Source: Octopus sinensis (lineage: Eukaryota). From it: DNA of 64,000 nt. The stretch spans positions 64,480,001 to 64,544,000 of the forward strand of contig NC_043003.1 of the NCBI RefSeq assembly GCF_006345805.1, written 5' to 3'. A program made the position numbers and the translations under genes. Position 1 is the first letter of the stretch. Each line of letters begins with the position of its first letter. Under the pieces are notes generated by a model. The model was not told the origin of the DNA and did not search any database. It saw nothing but the letters and a program-made list of their open reading frames with translations. Of this stretch, positions 25,213 through 38,584 are shown one piece after another.

Positions 25213-25658
25213 TATTAAGTCATCCCATAAACGATGCGGTTTTTTTTCAATTGCATGAACTAAAAGTCGGAGGGGGACGGGATAATAACCTGCATCAACT
25301 TGCTTAAAAACAGGTAGTAATTCTACCTTGTCCTTATTCTTAGTGCATGTTTTTGACAAGTGCAGTTCGATCTTAACAGTTATTTTTTTAAAGCTGTAAT
25401 GAAGTGACAAAGGAGCATATTCGGCATGTTTTGCCGAATTGAATTCTGTAGACGAGGTCAGAACAGTACTGGAGGAGTATTTTTCGTCACGAACAAGTGA
25501 ATCGTGAAAGAGGGGCCTTGCAAGTCTACCTGAAGATGGAAGAGCATTGTAGAAAATGAAGGAGAGTATACTTTAGATTAAAAAAGAACTTTGCTTATCT
25601 TAATTTTGAAAAATAAAAGAAGTATAAAAAATTGCATTAACATTTAAGGACACAAGTA
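25213..25658 (+). mobile_element. Internally deleted mariner derivative
   Basis: 5' TIR TATTAAGTCATCCCATAAACGATGCGGTTTTT; N-terminal EVTKEHIRHVL fused to C-terminal NSVDEVRTVLEEYFSS..KRGLASLPE; degenerate 3' TIR. Confidence 0.7.
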
Positions 25659-25679
25659 TAGTTTGAGGCTGTCACACAC

Positions 25680-26005
25680 ACTGGCTGTCCGTCGGTTACG
25701 GCGACAAGGGTTCAAGCTGATCCGATCAACGGAAAAGCCTGCTCGTGAAATTAACATGCAAAGTGGCTGAGGACACCACATACATACATACCCTTAACGT
25801 AGTTCTCAGGGAGATTCAGCGTGACACAGAATATGACAAGTCTGCTCCTTTGATATATAGGTACTGTTCATTTTTGCCAGCTGAGTGGACTGAGGCAACG
25901 TGAAATAGTGTTTTGCTCAAGGACACAACACGCCGCCGGGAATCGAACTCGTGACTTTATGATCGAGAGCCGCATACATTTAACCACTAAGCTACGCGCC
26001 TTCGC
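25680..26005 (-). mobile_element. tRNA-derived SINE sharing the family C 3' domain (variant head)
   Basis: GGCGCGTAGCTTAGTGG...GAGTTCGATTCCC head; gtcacgctgaatctccctgagaactacgttaaggg tail. Confidence 0.85.
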
Positions 26006-26094
26006 ACTATCTTTAAACTCATTAGGATCTTCAGTTCTATTTGCATATTACTATTTAAGTCAACCAACAATGGGATAACAATACGATGACGATT

Positions 26095-26188
26095 ATAAGG
26101 TTCCAGGTTCAGACCTGCTTGGTATTGTGGGCAAGTTTCTTCTATGGTCCCAAAGCTTTGTGAGTGGATTTAGTAGATAAGCAAACAT

Positions 26189-26279
<91 letters not shown>

Positions 26280-26415
26280 CGTGTTTTTGTATTCGTGTTT
26301 GTCCCCGAAAGAATAAATATTAGGCTTAAAAATAAGTCCTGGGGTCGATTTGTTCGACTGAACTTTTCAAGACAGTACTCCAGCATGGCCGCAATCTAAT
26401 GACTGAAACAAGTAG
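26095..26415 (+). mobile_element. SINE family B, diverged
   Basis: ggttccaggttcagac...gggcaagtttctt...tail ccagcatggccgcaatctaatgactgaaacaagta. Confidence 0.75.
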
Positions 26416-26913
26416 AACGTACGAATGTTAATATATTTCTCCCTTACCCTTGAAACATATACAAAGTATCCGACATTGCCTTCCTAGCATATTCTTCTCT
26501 TCTATACACTAAACAGGTACCCGTTCAAGTGCTTTCTTTTACATAATTCAACATGATATACAACAGATATAAACGCACATGTCCCAGTGTTTGAGTGCAA
26601 CGCTTGCGTTGTAGGAACAGATACAAAAATTTTATCGTTTAATGTTTTTGTGTGTGCAATTGTTGTAGTTGTTGCAAATTTTCTCTTTTTACCAGACCTA
26701 ACTAGGAATGTTGTCTATGGCGATAGAAATGAAATAGCTAATAGCGGAAGGTTCATAGCGTTCAACTCATAATCGACGCACGATAAGAACTGAACGAGTT
26801 AAGATTGTTTTTGCGTCCACTTGATATAAAACAATAATTGAGTCTGAAAGAACCAGCATTTCTTGGTTAATATCTGTCAGCATTTAGATAGATAGACAGA
26901 AAGACAGACAGAC

Positions 26914-27051
<138 letters not shown>

Positions 27052-27414
27052 TATTAACATTCTTAACGTACATCTAAATAATAAATAGATAACTAAGTGT
27101 TTCTCAAGTATTGTGTAGAGGCCCAGAGTTGTTGAGAGAAATGCAACGGACAAAGGATTTCAAGTCCTTCCTATGAAGTACTTTTAAAATGAGTGTTTAT
27201 TATTGCACTGTGTTCCCCGTCATAGTGATTTCATAATCAATCATTTCTTTTCAACAATCGTCATAGATGATGATTTACAGTACAATAATGAAATATTTAT
27301 GATTTGTCATAATACAATTAAATCAGCATCGAAACATCTAGAACCTAACCATAGAACCAAGAAGAATATCCCTAAAAGAAGTATTACAGCGAAAATCAAG
27401 ACTTAACTATCATC

Positions 27415-27840
27415 ATGAGGGGGCTCAAGAAGTGATTTCGCCGCAAAAGGCCAGAGCTCTTCCATTTGAGTCGGTAGCACCTACCCTAGGACAATATACT
27501 AGTTTGTAATTCCATTTTGGTAACCCTCTATTTGACAGAGATGGTCATCAAAACTATCCCTTACAGTCCGAAGTTTGCTCCCTGTCACTTTTGGTTTTCT
27601 CAAGCTGAAGAAAACCCACAGGAGCAGTCATTTCGAAGACATTGAGAAGAGGCTGTGAATAGGGTCCTGAACATTTTCACTTTGCAGGACTTGAATAGGA
27701 TCTTCTCAAAGTAGCTGGATCCCCATAAGAAGTGCATTGAGGTCAGACTATCGTTTTTAAAGGGGATTAGAGTTTTGTTCCTTTTTCAAATTAATAAACA
27801 TCGCAAAGCTTGTAAATAATATTTTAGGATGCACCTTGTA
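27415..27840 (+). mobile_element. Internally deleted mariner-like relic
   Basis: PYSPKFAPCHFW..KLKK..SSHFEDIE..EAVNRVLNIFTLQD..KCIEVR resembles the mariner YSPDLAPxD region; degenerate GAGG/CCTTGTA ends. Confidence 0.55.
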
Positions 27841-29034
27841 AATAGTAATGGAATGCACCGTGTAAATAGTATTTTAGATAATTCAATTAAGTGACAGATA
27901 AACTTAGTACTGGAAGGTACCAACTTGTCAAAATCATTAGAGTGTGAAACAAGTTACTAAATTACAAAATCACCAGCAACACTTTATGTTCCGAGTTCGA
28001 GTCTTACGAAAGTTGATTTTTACTACTCATCTTTCTAAGGTAAATAATATAATCACTAATCGAGTACTGAGATCATTATAATCGAATGTTCTTATCTCTA
28101 AATTTGTGACTTCACATAATCAAGGTTTTCGTAAGGAATTAATCTTATAGTACTGCTGGAAAAAGGTGGGTGCCAATTCTTTTATTCATTAAGATGAATG
28201 AATCCTTCGAGATTTGTCTTGCCCCGAGAAATGATGCAATACTATACTTTATCAAGATAGGAAGCATCTACTCACCTGCTGGTTATATGTTACGCAACTT
28301 CTTGACCATAGCACACACACAAACGCACATACACGCACACACATACACACACATAGTATAAACTAAAATAATATAATATATTAAATATATTAAAAATATA
28401 ATATATTTAAATATATAATATAGATGGCTATTAGCAATGAAAACCTAACAGCAAATTAATAAACAAAGCACCAATTGCTACTAATAGGACATTACTAGTA
28501 ATATAGTAAACACACACGCTAATATCTCGTGTATCTTCGTGTATTCTCATCCCATTGCCAGGTTTGATAATTGTTAAGAGATTCCTCTTTACATGAAACC
28601 ATTGGTAGCCTTCTTAACTCACAAATAAAATGTAAGTGTGTGTATGTGTGTGTGTGTGAGCGAGTGTGTACACGTGTGTATATGAAATTGTTTTAAAAGA
28701 ATAAATCTAAAATAGAAAAGTAGACCCATTACAGACCCTTCTCTTGTCTGTCTCAAATTGCGGTTTATAATATTACTTCCCATTGAAAAAATATCAAGAC
28801 AAATCGATATTTTGTTATTACTACAAAACTCGGGTCAGTGGAAGCGAGTGGTGTAAGAATCTATTCTTACTCAACTTATGCGACTGTGCAACGTGTTTAC
28901 AGACCATTTTATTTGGTTTGAGCAGAAATATATAATTCTTACTGGAAAAATAGCCCCGGTGGTGTTGACATGGGGAATAGATGTTTTTCAGGATATGTGA
29001 ATTGTAGGTTATGCCAACAGGAATAGGTATAAAG

Positions 29035-29268
29035 GGCAGCGAGCTGGCAGAAACGTTAGCACGCCGGGCGAAATGCTTAGCGGTATTTCGTCTGCCGCTA
29101 CGTTCTGAGTTCAAATTCCACCGAGGTCGACTTTGCCTTTCATCCTTTAGGGGTCGATTAAATAAGTACCAGTTACGCACTGGGGTCGATATAATCGACT
29201 TAATCCGTTTGTCTGTCCTTGTTTGTCCTCTCTGTGTTTAGCTCCTTGTGGGTAGTAAAAGAAATAGG
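29035..29268 (+). mobile_element. SINE family A monomer
   Basis: Full head and body; TSD GGAATAG(G/C)TATAAAG. Confidence 0.9.
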
Positions 29269-29718
29269 AATAGCTATAAAGAGAGACGCTTATCTCTAAA
29301 TTCCTCAGGAGAAGCAACCGATTAAGTAACGTCTTAAGTAAGAAGGGGTTTAAATTCTAGGGCCATGTAAAGGCCCATGTTTTGAACCCGACTGAAAACT
29401 GTTGTGCTGGTCTCTCCCTCTTTCTCAAGCAGCACATGACTGGAAAGACTCCAGCAATGAAATTTACATGGCGCGTCAAAACAACCACGGAGTTGACTTC
29501 TAAACTGGCTGAATCAATATTTCTTCAGAGAATTACTATCCTACGAGGAAATTGAAACTAAACAATTTATTGCGAAACGATGATTTGTCTAACGTGTTAC
29601 TTCATTTTGCGTTGTGTAATTCATATCGACAATAAATTATGTTTTGTTTTCCTCCAACGATGCTCTTGTTTTTCCAGCTGTAAGATGAATCATGGGCAAT
29701 ACTGAATATACATACGTG

Positions 29719-29773
<55 letters not shown>

Positions 29774-30398
29774 ATATATATATAATATATATACATATAC
29801 ATACGTGTATATATATATATATATATACATACGTGTATATATATTATATATATATATATATTATATATATATATATGTATGTATGTATGTTTATAATTTA
29901 GAGAAAAACCTCTATTAAGCAATTCAATAGTGAAAGACGTTATTCACACCATATATTTGCGAAGATATTATTGACTCTGTTATTATCTAGTGTAGCAATT
30001 AAAAATGATAATAACAGAATCAATAATATAGGCGATTGCAGGCCCCAAACGTATTAAATAGCTGAAGGAATAAATTAATCAAAGGTAGACATACTAAGTA
30101 TGTCTACCTGCTGGAAATAACAGTCAAAACTCTTATTTAAATCGCCGAAAAGACACTGATAATAACTACAGAAATCAACCGTCTGCGTGCAAACGGGCGA
30201 AGACATTCTCTCAAAATGCATTCAAGTGTATGGACACATGTGGACAGATTTCTAGACTGGCATGATGGAAGCCCAACCTATTTCTTTACTACCCACAAGG
30301 GGCTAAACACAGAGGGGACAAACAAGGACAGACAAACGGATTAAGTCGATTATATCGACCCCAGTGCGTAACTGGTATTTATTTAATCGACCCCTAAA

Positions 30399-30578
30399 GG
30401 AATGACCACTAGGAGGATTTCTATATGCTGCATGTAGACCCCATATAGTCTGAGCACAAAAAAAAAAATGTTCTCAAAAAAAATTTGCCGAATTTTCTTT
30501 GAGAACAATATTTCTTAGTGGTCAGACCATATGGGATCTACATTTAGCATATTAGGAATCCACCTAGTGGGTCAGTCC
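30399..30578. repeat. About 180-bp fold-back hairpin (MITE-like) truncating a SINE A copy
   Basis: About 85-bp imperfect arms around a GCCG loop. The SINE at 30285-30398 stops at the junction. Confidence 0.8.
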
Positions 30579-30693
30579 TCTTATATATGTGTAATATAAT
30601 TTTCTGAATCTTCAGATTTTTTTCAATATGCTAGGCCACTGGTTTAAATTGATATTAATCTAATTTATATCAATTTTTACCCTTATTATTTAA

Positions 30694-30738
<45 letters not shown>

Positions 30739-30747
<9 letters not shown>

Positions 30748-30944
30748 AAAAAATGAAGTTCGAAAATGCTGCTATATTATACAATTTTTAATTTTTATAT
30801 ATACATTATATATATGTCTTTTTTTATATATAACTTTTTTTGATAAGGTTCATTTCAGGAACTGAAACATGTTATAATGTATATATAAAAATTAAAAATT
30901 GTATAATATAGCAGCATTTTCGAACTTCATTTTTTACAAATATA
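30739..30944. repeat. Perfect 72-bp inverted repeat enclosing a hammerhead-like motif
   Basis: 30739-30810 is the exact reverse complement of 30873-30944; flanked by (TA)n. Confidence 0.9.
30835..30876 (+). ncRNA. Minimal hammerhead motif with U3:A8 core
   Basis: TTGATAA-GGTTC/ATTTCAG/GAACT-GAAAC-AT-GTT; homologous to 45025-45072; weak stem I. Confidence 0.55.
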
Positions 30945-30972
30945 TACCTACTCGTATACGAGCTAATCCTAT

Positions 30973-31066
<94 letters not shown>

Positions 31067-31381
31067 TGCGTATGCATGCGTGTATATGACTGTTTACATT
31101 AGCACAAATCTAAACATTTATCGGAGAAATGTATTGCCAATTTGAACGGGTCGTAGTAAATGTCAAGTTATTTCCTGAACGAATGAAAAGCAGGTAGTGT
31201 GTGAATTCAGAACAGAAGGCCGATCTAATTACACTGGACCATATAATCAGGTTCTCTACTGCTTCTATCGCTCCACTGCCTTTAAATACATTGTAATTAA
31301 AGATTTTTTTACTTAGGTACAAAGCGAAACATTTATAGAGAATGTATGAAACGCATTGTTTGCTATATTACTAGTAATGTT

Positions 31382-31748
31382 TTATTACCTCCGCCTTCAC
31401 TAAGGCGGAGGTATTGTTTTCAGTCGTGTCTGTTTGTCCGTGGACAAGAAATCTCAAGAACCGCTGGGTGGATTCGAATGTAAGTTTCAGGGATGATTGG
31501 CCTCGTAACTGGCACGAACTGATTAGATTTTGGGATCGATCCGGTACCGGACAAGGATTCTGGATTATTTTTCCGGATGTTTTTTACATAATTTTTGAGG
31601 GCGGTGGGGTTCATTTTTAGTATTCCCGTTTGTGAGAGCAGACGAGTTTATTTCAGATATTCTCATTTTGAAAATCATCTCTGGCTGATCGTTGGGACGA
31701 CGTAGGTGTTGCCTTGGTGGAACTTTGCGCACTCTGAGTGCTCTTGTT
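31382..31748 (+). mobile_element. Helentron-associated (HINE/DINE-1-like) non-autonomous element
   Basis: 5' TTATTACCTCCGCC..GGCGGAGG hairpin, TGTCTGTTTGTC microsatellite, 3' subterminal CTTGGTGGA, GCACTCTGAGTGC stem-loop and T-rich end. Confidence 0.7.
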
Positions 31749-32261
31749 TTTTTAAAATTTTTTTACGAGTTGAGTCCTTTTGTACTCAGAATCTAAGAAG
31801 GAACAAAGCAGAATAAAAATCATTATGCGATGGACGTAGGTGGCATAAAAATTAAAATTTATAAATAAAATATTTTCCTTTGTCATTTTATTTTTCTTAA
31901 AATAGAACATAATGGGTATTTTCTCGCACTTTGTTAACCAGGCACGAAATCATGTGATGATGCCACTATGTTGTATTTCAACAATCATTTGCTCCCATAC
32001 ATTCCTTCATAACACTATTATTCTTTTATTCTTTTACTATATCCATCACTGAATCGTGCGACCCTACTCGGGCCACCACACAATCTACATAAAAAGATAT
32101 CGACTCCAGTGTTTATTCCTATCTGGTATTCATTTTATCGAATTCTATTTATCCAAAATGAGACGATTTGGCACAGCTGACTGGACATTCGGCTTGCTTT
32201 GGTGACAGTGTTGTTTGGCAATGGAAACAAATGTGCGGGTACACACATACACATATCTATA

Positions 32262-32570
32262 ATCGTCATCAGGACGATATCTCGAGATCAAGGGCGATGG
32301 TCTTCTTTTATTTATTATTATTTATAGATTATTATTTATAGATGGGTCCTGGGATGGCTGATGCGCCCATTTCTTGTTCAGAAGCTCCTTTCACAAGTGG
32401 TACAGGTGGTCCCGCCTTGGTTTATATTTTCTGCGCCTCTTCTTTACTTCTTGCTCGGAAACCCTACAAGTCCCAAAGGTTGTTACTCCCACTTTGATGA
32501 TGGATCTCCAGCGTTCTTGATCCTGAATAAATACACTCTGGCACAACTTCACATGACTTATAGTTTCGTG
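32262..32570 (-). mobile_element. RTE (BovB-like) LINE 3' end with C2H2 finger
   Basis: QDQERWRSIIKVGVTTF...CTTCERSF*TRNGRISHPRTHL* (32336-32525), then a short 3' UTR. Confidence 0.7.
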
Positions 32571-33866
32571 AGCGTATAGAACACTTCCATCTATTCAGAT
32601 GTTCGGATAAAATAAAGAACCGGGGGTACTCTCGATTTTCTGCGATCTGTGTTCACACTCAACCGGATTTAACCTTGCCTCTCATCCTTCCCGAGTGGAT
32701 AAAATAAATTAAAAGGCATGCTTGATTAGAGCTGACCTGGGGCTGTATGATTACACCAATGAGTCTATTTGGTCAGCCATTACCTTTCTTTAACAACAAC
32801 TTTCCAAATGTATGTGCTTAAAACTGATTTTTATTCTTCGTTTTTAACAAACACGAACCAGTGGCCATATTGCTTGACCCTAGATGTTCCTTTTCGATTG
32901 AGACAAGTTTTGTCTATAGCTGTTAGTTGTTAGCTAGCAGAAATACTTTAATGATAACTTCAATGTGAACACGAACATTTACAGGAAATGAAATAAAATA
33001 AAATAAAGATTAGAAGCTTAGCGAGTGATGTAGGTATGTGTGAGGTGGTTTGCTATGGTACTGAGTCGGCGTCAACAGGCAGTCAGGCTCGGCACCCCGC
33101 GTGCTTATCAGAATCATCTTTACTGTAAACCCCAAACACTATGAAGAGAAACAAAACAAAAAGAACACACGCACACACACGAAAACTTACACTTATGCAC
33201 ATCTGCATACACATATACGCACATGAACACATACAAACATATATATACACATTTACAATCACATGTAAGCTCGTTCCCATTCACACGTACAAACTCAACA
33301 AACGACGGACAATAACACAAACAAAGCAATAATTTATTTTTAAAAATATACGAAAACAAAACGTCTTTTTCACGTCATTCTTCACCATCACCCTAACCCT
33401 AACCCTAATTCGCAAAAACAAAACGATGTTTCAATCGCAACCACCGTTCCTTTCACAACAAGGTACTATGCGAAGCATGAAGAATGTGCCATTGTAATGA
33501 AGTCGTTATGTTATCACATAAATCCGATCTAAATAACAGAGCGAGTGATAGTGGTGGCAGTAGTGGTGCTGGGTGTGGTGGTGGTGGCGGGGACCCTTGC
33601 AAGAATTCAATATAAACACAATCCATTCATACAACAGGCGTTTTTGGCTTTTGATTGTAATTATTTTAGTTTTACATCTTTAAAAAAAAAAGAACAAAAA
33701 CAAAAACAAAAATTGTTAAGTTTTTTTTTACTATTATATTGTTTATATGTTGTGAATGTGTGTGTGTGTGAGTTTGTGTGCGCGTGTTTGTGCGTGCGTG
33801 CGTGTGTATGTGTGTGTACGTGTGTGTAAAATTACATTAACTCAGACAGATATATCTGTCTCTCAT

Positions 33867-33915
<49 letters not shown>

Positions 33916-34259
33916 ATATTTATATATATGTGTGTGTGTGTGTGTGCGTGTGTGTATGTATGTGTGTGTGTGTACATACATGAATTTGCATATATATATA
34001 TATATGTATGTTACACACATATGCATACATACATACATACATATATACAGACATATATACATATACTAATATGCTTATATACATATACACATAAGCACAC
34101 ACGTTTATATGTTTATTTACATGTAAATATACAAGTACATAACTATGTATGTACGAATGCATGTATGTATGTATGTATGTATGTATGTGTACGTGTATAC
34201 CTACATACATATACATACATACACACACACATATATATATATACATATATAATCTAAGT

Positions 34260-34302
<43 letters not shown>

Positions 34303-34796
34303 CATTATGTTTATGTATAAAGTCGTGTGTATGCATTTATACGGAAATACACACATGCACATATGCGTGTGGTGTGTGTGTGTGTGCGCGTATGTCTTGG
34401 TGTAAGTGCGAATGTGGGGGGGGGAGTGCGTGCGTATGTGTGTGTGTGTGTTTTTGAAGAAGCTATGTAAACCATTCTCCTGCTGGTGGCTATGTTTATC
34501 TAAGCCGTCTCAGTTTCAACGGGAGGGCTGGTCTATCTTGTAGCACACAGGTCTGCCGCATCACGATTAGAGAACGACAGCCACATCAACAGCGGGGGAA
34601 GCTTTAATATCAGTAATATTAGTAACAACAATAACAACAGCAACAACAACAACATCATCAACACCAGAACCTATGAAGGACTCTCTCTCTCTCTCTCTAC
34701 ACCACAGCGTGATCCGTCGGAAATAACAGCCAGATTTTCCTGAAATCATATTCTACAATCTCGGCAGATGGAAGGACATATAAATAATATATTTTA

Positions 34797-34851
<55 letters not shown>

Positions 34852-34879
34852 CATTATTATTATTATTATTATTATTATT

Positions 34880-35423
34880 GAGTGAGAGAGCAGTTCATGC
34901 CATCAAAGTGACACTGGGGTAAAATATACGAAGCCCAAGATACCCATCATGACTACCCGTCTGATAAGGGTACACCAGGCACATGCATCACAACCATATG
35001 TGCGCGACATGGTGATCTCATATCAAGGTAAACAGCACATGACCTTGCAGGTGGGGCCCAGTTAGAATTTTCTTCAGGTTGAGTAGCCCATCCCGCTCAA
35101 AAGGTCCCTGAATAAGGGTTGTTTAAGGATGTTGAAAGAACCACCCATGTTTCCAGAGGTGAATTATTCAAACCCCAAAGAATCCCTCTCAACACATGGC
35201 TATGATGCTCCCCCACTACTTCTGCTCGTGATCAGAGATGCACATATCGTCAGCCACTAAGGGACATGCTCAACTGGTTACGGTCAAACAACTGACAAGC
35301 AAATCTGTGGTATTGAGCAGAATATTTGCTGTAGCCCATCTTTTATACCAAGACAAAACAATGTACATACTGACACTTCCAATTATTATTATTATTTTAT
35401 TATTATTATTATTATTATTATTA

Positions 35424-35460
<37 letters not shown>

Positions 35461-36004
35461 GAGTGAGAGAGCAGTTCATGCCATCAAAGTGACACTGGGG
35501 TAAAATATACGAAGCCCAAGATACCCATCATGACTACCCGTCTGATAAGGGTACACCAGGCACATGCATCACAACCATATGTGCGCGACATGGTGATCTC
35601 ATATCAAGGTAAACAGCACATGACCTTGCAGGTGGGGCCCAGTTAGAATTTTCTTCAGGTTGAGTAGCCCATCCCGCTCAAAAGGTCCCTGAATAAGGGT
35701 TGTTTAAGGATGTTGAAAGAACCACCCATGTTTCCAGAGGTGAATTATTCAAACCCCAAAGAATCCCTCTCAACACATGGCTATGATGCTCCCCCACTAC
35801 TTCTGCTCGTGATCAGAGATGCACATATCGTCAGCCACTAAGGGACATGCTCAACTGGTTACGGTCAAACAACTGACAAGCAAATCTGTGGTATTGAGCA
35901 GAATATTTGCTGTAGCCCATCTTTTATACCAAGACAAAACAATGTACATACTGACACTTCCAATTATTATTATTATTTTATTATTATTATTATTATTATT
36001 ATTA

Positions 36005-36041
<37 letters not shown>

Positions 36042-36542
36042 GAGTGAGAGAGCAGTTCATGCCATCAAAGTGACACTGGGGTAAAATATACGAAGCCCAA
36101 TATACCCATCATGACTACCCGTCTGATAAGGGTACACCAGGCACATGCATCACAACCATATGTGCGCGACATGGTGATCTCATATCAAGGTAAACAGCAC
36201 ATGACCTTGCAGGTGGGGCCCAGTTAGAATTTTCTTCAGGTTGAGTAGCCCATCCCGCTCAAAAGGTCCCTGAATAAGGGTTGTTTAAGGATGTTGAAAG
36301 AACCACCCATGTTTCCAGAGGTGAATTATTCAAACCCCAAAGAATCCCTCTCAACACATGGCTATGATGCTCCCCCACTACTTCTGCTCGTGATCAGAGA
36401 TGCACATATCGTCAGCCACTAAGGGACATGCTCAACTGGTTACGGTCAAACAACTGACAAGCAAATCTGTGGTATTGAGCAGAATATTTGCTGTAGCCCA
36501 TCTTTTATACCAAGACAAAACAATGTACATACTGACACTTCC
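34880..36542 (-). repeat. Three tandem 581-bp units (501-bp non-coding element plus 80-bp ATT spacer)
   Basis: Unique parts at 34880-35380, 35461-35961 and 36042-36542. One visible difference (36101). The two spacers are identical. Confidence 0.95.
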
Positions 36543-36543
36543 A

Positions 36544-36575
<32 letters not shown>

Positions 36576-36594
36576 CATCATTACTATTATTATT

Positions 36595-36630
<36 letters not shown>

Positions 36631-37124
36631 ATTATTATTTGTTTCATCACTGTACTGGGGTCATGCTGGAGCACCGCTTTGAATGGTTTAAGGGTTTAGA
36701 CGATCAAATCAACGAAAATACTTTTAAAGTGTGACACTTATTCTGACGGTCACTTTTGACGACCCACTAGATTACGGGAAAGCAAGCAAACCAACGGTGG
36801 CTTTCAAGCACACAAACACCCACACACATACACAAGCGCGCGCACACACGATGATTGTATAATTTATTCTTAATAAATTCCGGTAGATTCGAGATTCCCC
36901 CAATGCTATGAATCGAGTGTGTTACAAACACACATTCATTTGAAAGAAGTTGCTCTCTGGTGAAACACACCAGAAACTAGTTTATTCACGTTTGAATGTG
37001 CAGAAGCGTATTTAAAATATCCTTGCAAGGCATCGTTTTGATTTTTGCTTTTCTCCCTGCATATAACGATTTGTTTGCTGAAGTTATAAGCAAGAGCCAT
37101 GAACTCATGTAGACTCATTAATCC

Positions 37125-37184
37125 GGAGTGCTCTTGGCTGACGAGACATAAAGATGTCGAAACACCTGGTGTCCCGAAGTCTCC
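37125..37184 (+). ncRNA. Type I hammerhead ribozyme with intact catalytic core
   Basis: CTGACGA (37138-44); stem II GACAT/AAAG/ATGTC; GAAA; stem III ACACC/T/GGTGT; GUC cleavage triplet (C37173); stem I CTTGG/CC(G)AAG plus GGAG/CTCC. Confidence 0.8.
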
Positions 37185-37868
37185 TTACGCTAATGAAACG
37201 AGAAATTGTTCTCCTGTGACAAAATATCAGCGATTAGTATATTCATATTCGAATCAATTGGAACATAAGCAGCCATCAAAAATTCTACCCACCTCACCCT
37301 ACTGCCTAAATACAAAAAGTCAGTATGGTCATGAGTGGAACGTCTTTTCTTAATAGGTTTGCTAGATCAAAAGTGGCCTGAAGATTAATCAGTAACAACA
37401 GCAACAACAACAATAAATGTTATTCTACAAGCAAAAACAACGGCTTTATGTGGTCGATCGATCGGCTAGAAATAACAGTGAAGTCCCCTTCAAATGAGAT
37501 TTTACAGCTTTTAAGAGAGACAGAGAGAGGAGGGGGACGGATACTTTAGCTTGATTGTGAACACCTAGTCTTCAACATATGGGATAGTCACAAGTGGAAT
37601 GGCTTTGATCTTAGATTGACTAAATAACAGCAAGGACAACAACAATGAAAACAATCGTTATTCTAGAAATAGCACACAAATCTCTCGCAAATCACCATGT
37701 TTATTCGACTACAATGCAATCTCGAATACAATGCAACTTATGCCTGTCCTTTTACAGCTAACAACATGTAACATTTTTTTATCTTCTGGTATAAGGTGAC
37801 ACCGGAGTACAGCCAAGGTTGTTTGTATGTTTAGTGAAATATTGCAGCAATTAAATACACACACACAC

Positions 37869-37938
<70 letters not shown>

Positions 37939-38541
37939 ACATATATTTGCACACATACACATACAAAAACCCAACAAACAACCATTAAAACTAGCTTGGT
38001 GTCTGCTTTTGCTCAGTAGCATAAAAGCTACTGAGTGAAGAATACAGAAGTTGTTAAAAAGAAAGTCATTCCTCATGAACAAGTTTATTCGTTAAAAACA
38101 ATTCCAATCTCGTTCTCTCATTCATCATCCAATTCTCCAAATAACTTGAGAGCCATTTTCCGTCATTAAGCTTTTCATCAGCGCCTTCTTCTTCTTCTTC
38201 TTCTTCTTCTTCTTCTTCTTCTTCTTCTTCTTCTTCTTCTTCTTCTTCTCATATAGGTTTCAAATCTTGACACAAGGCCAGCAAATTCGGGAGAGGGTGC
38301 AAGCCGACTACGCTGATCTCATACACACACATACACACACACACTCACACGCGCAACCCCCACATACACACACACACACACACACACACGCATATATATA
38401 TATACATACACACACATGTATATATATATATATATATATACATATACACAGACATATATATGCACACACACATATATATATGCGCACACATATATACACA
38501 CTCATATACACACACACGTACACACACATATACACACACAC

Positions 38542-38584
<43 letters not shown>

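Noticed and set aside
33391-33408. (CCCTAA)3 telomere-like motif
   Set aside because: Only three units; too short to call an interstitial telomere.
34880-36542. CRISPR-like regular spacing
   Set aside because: The units are 581 bp and the intervening sequences are identical; this is a eukaryotic tandem repeat.
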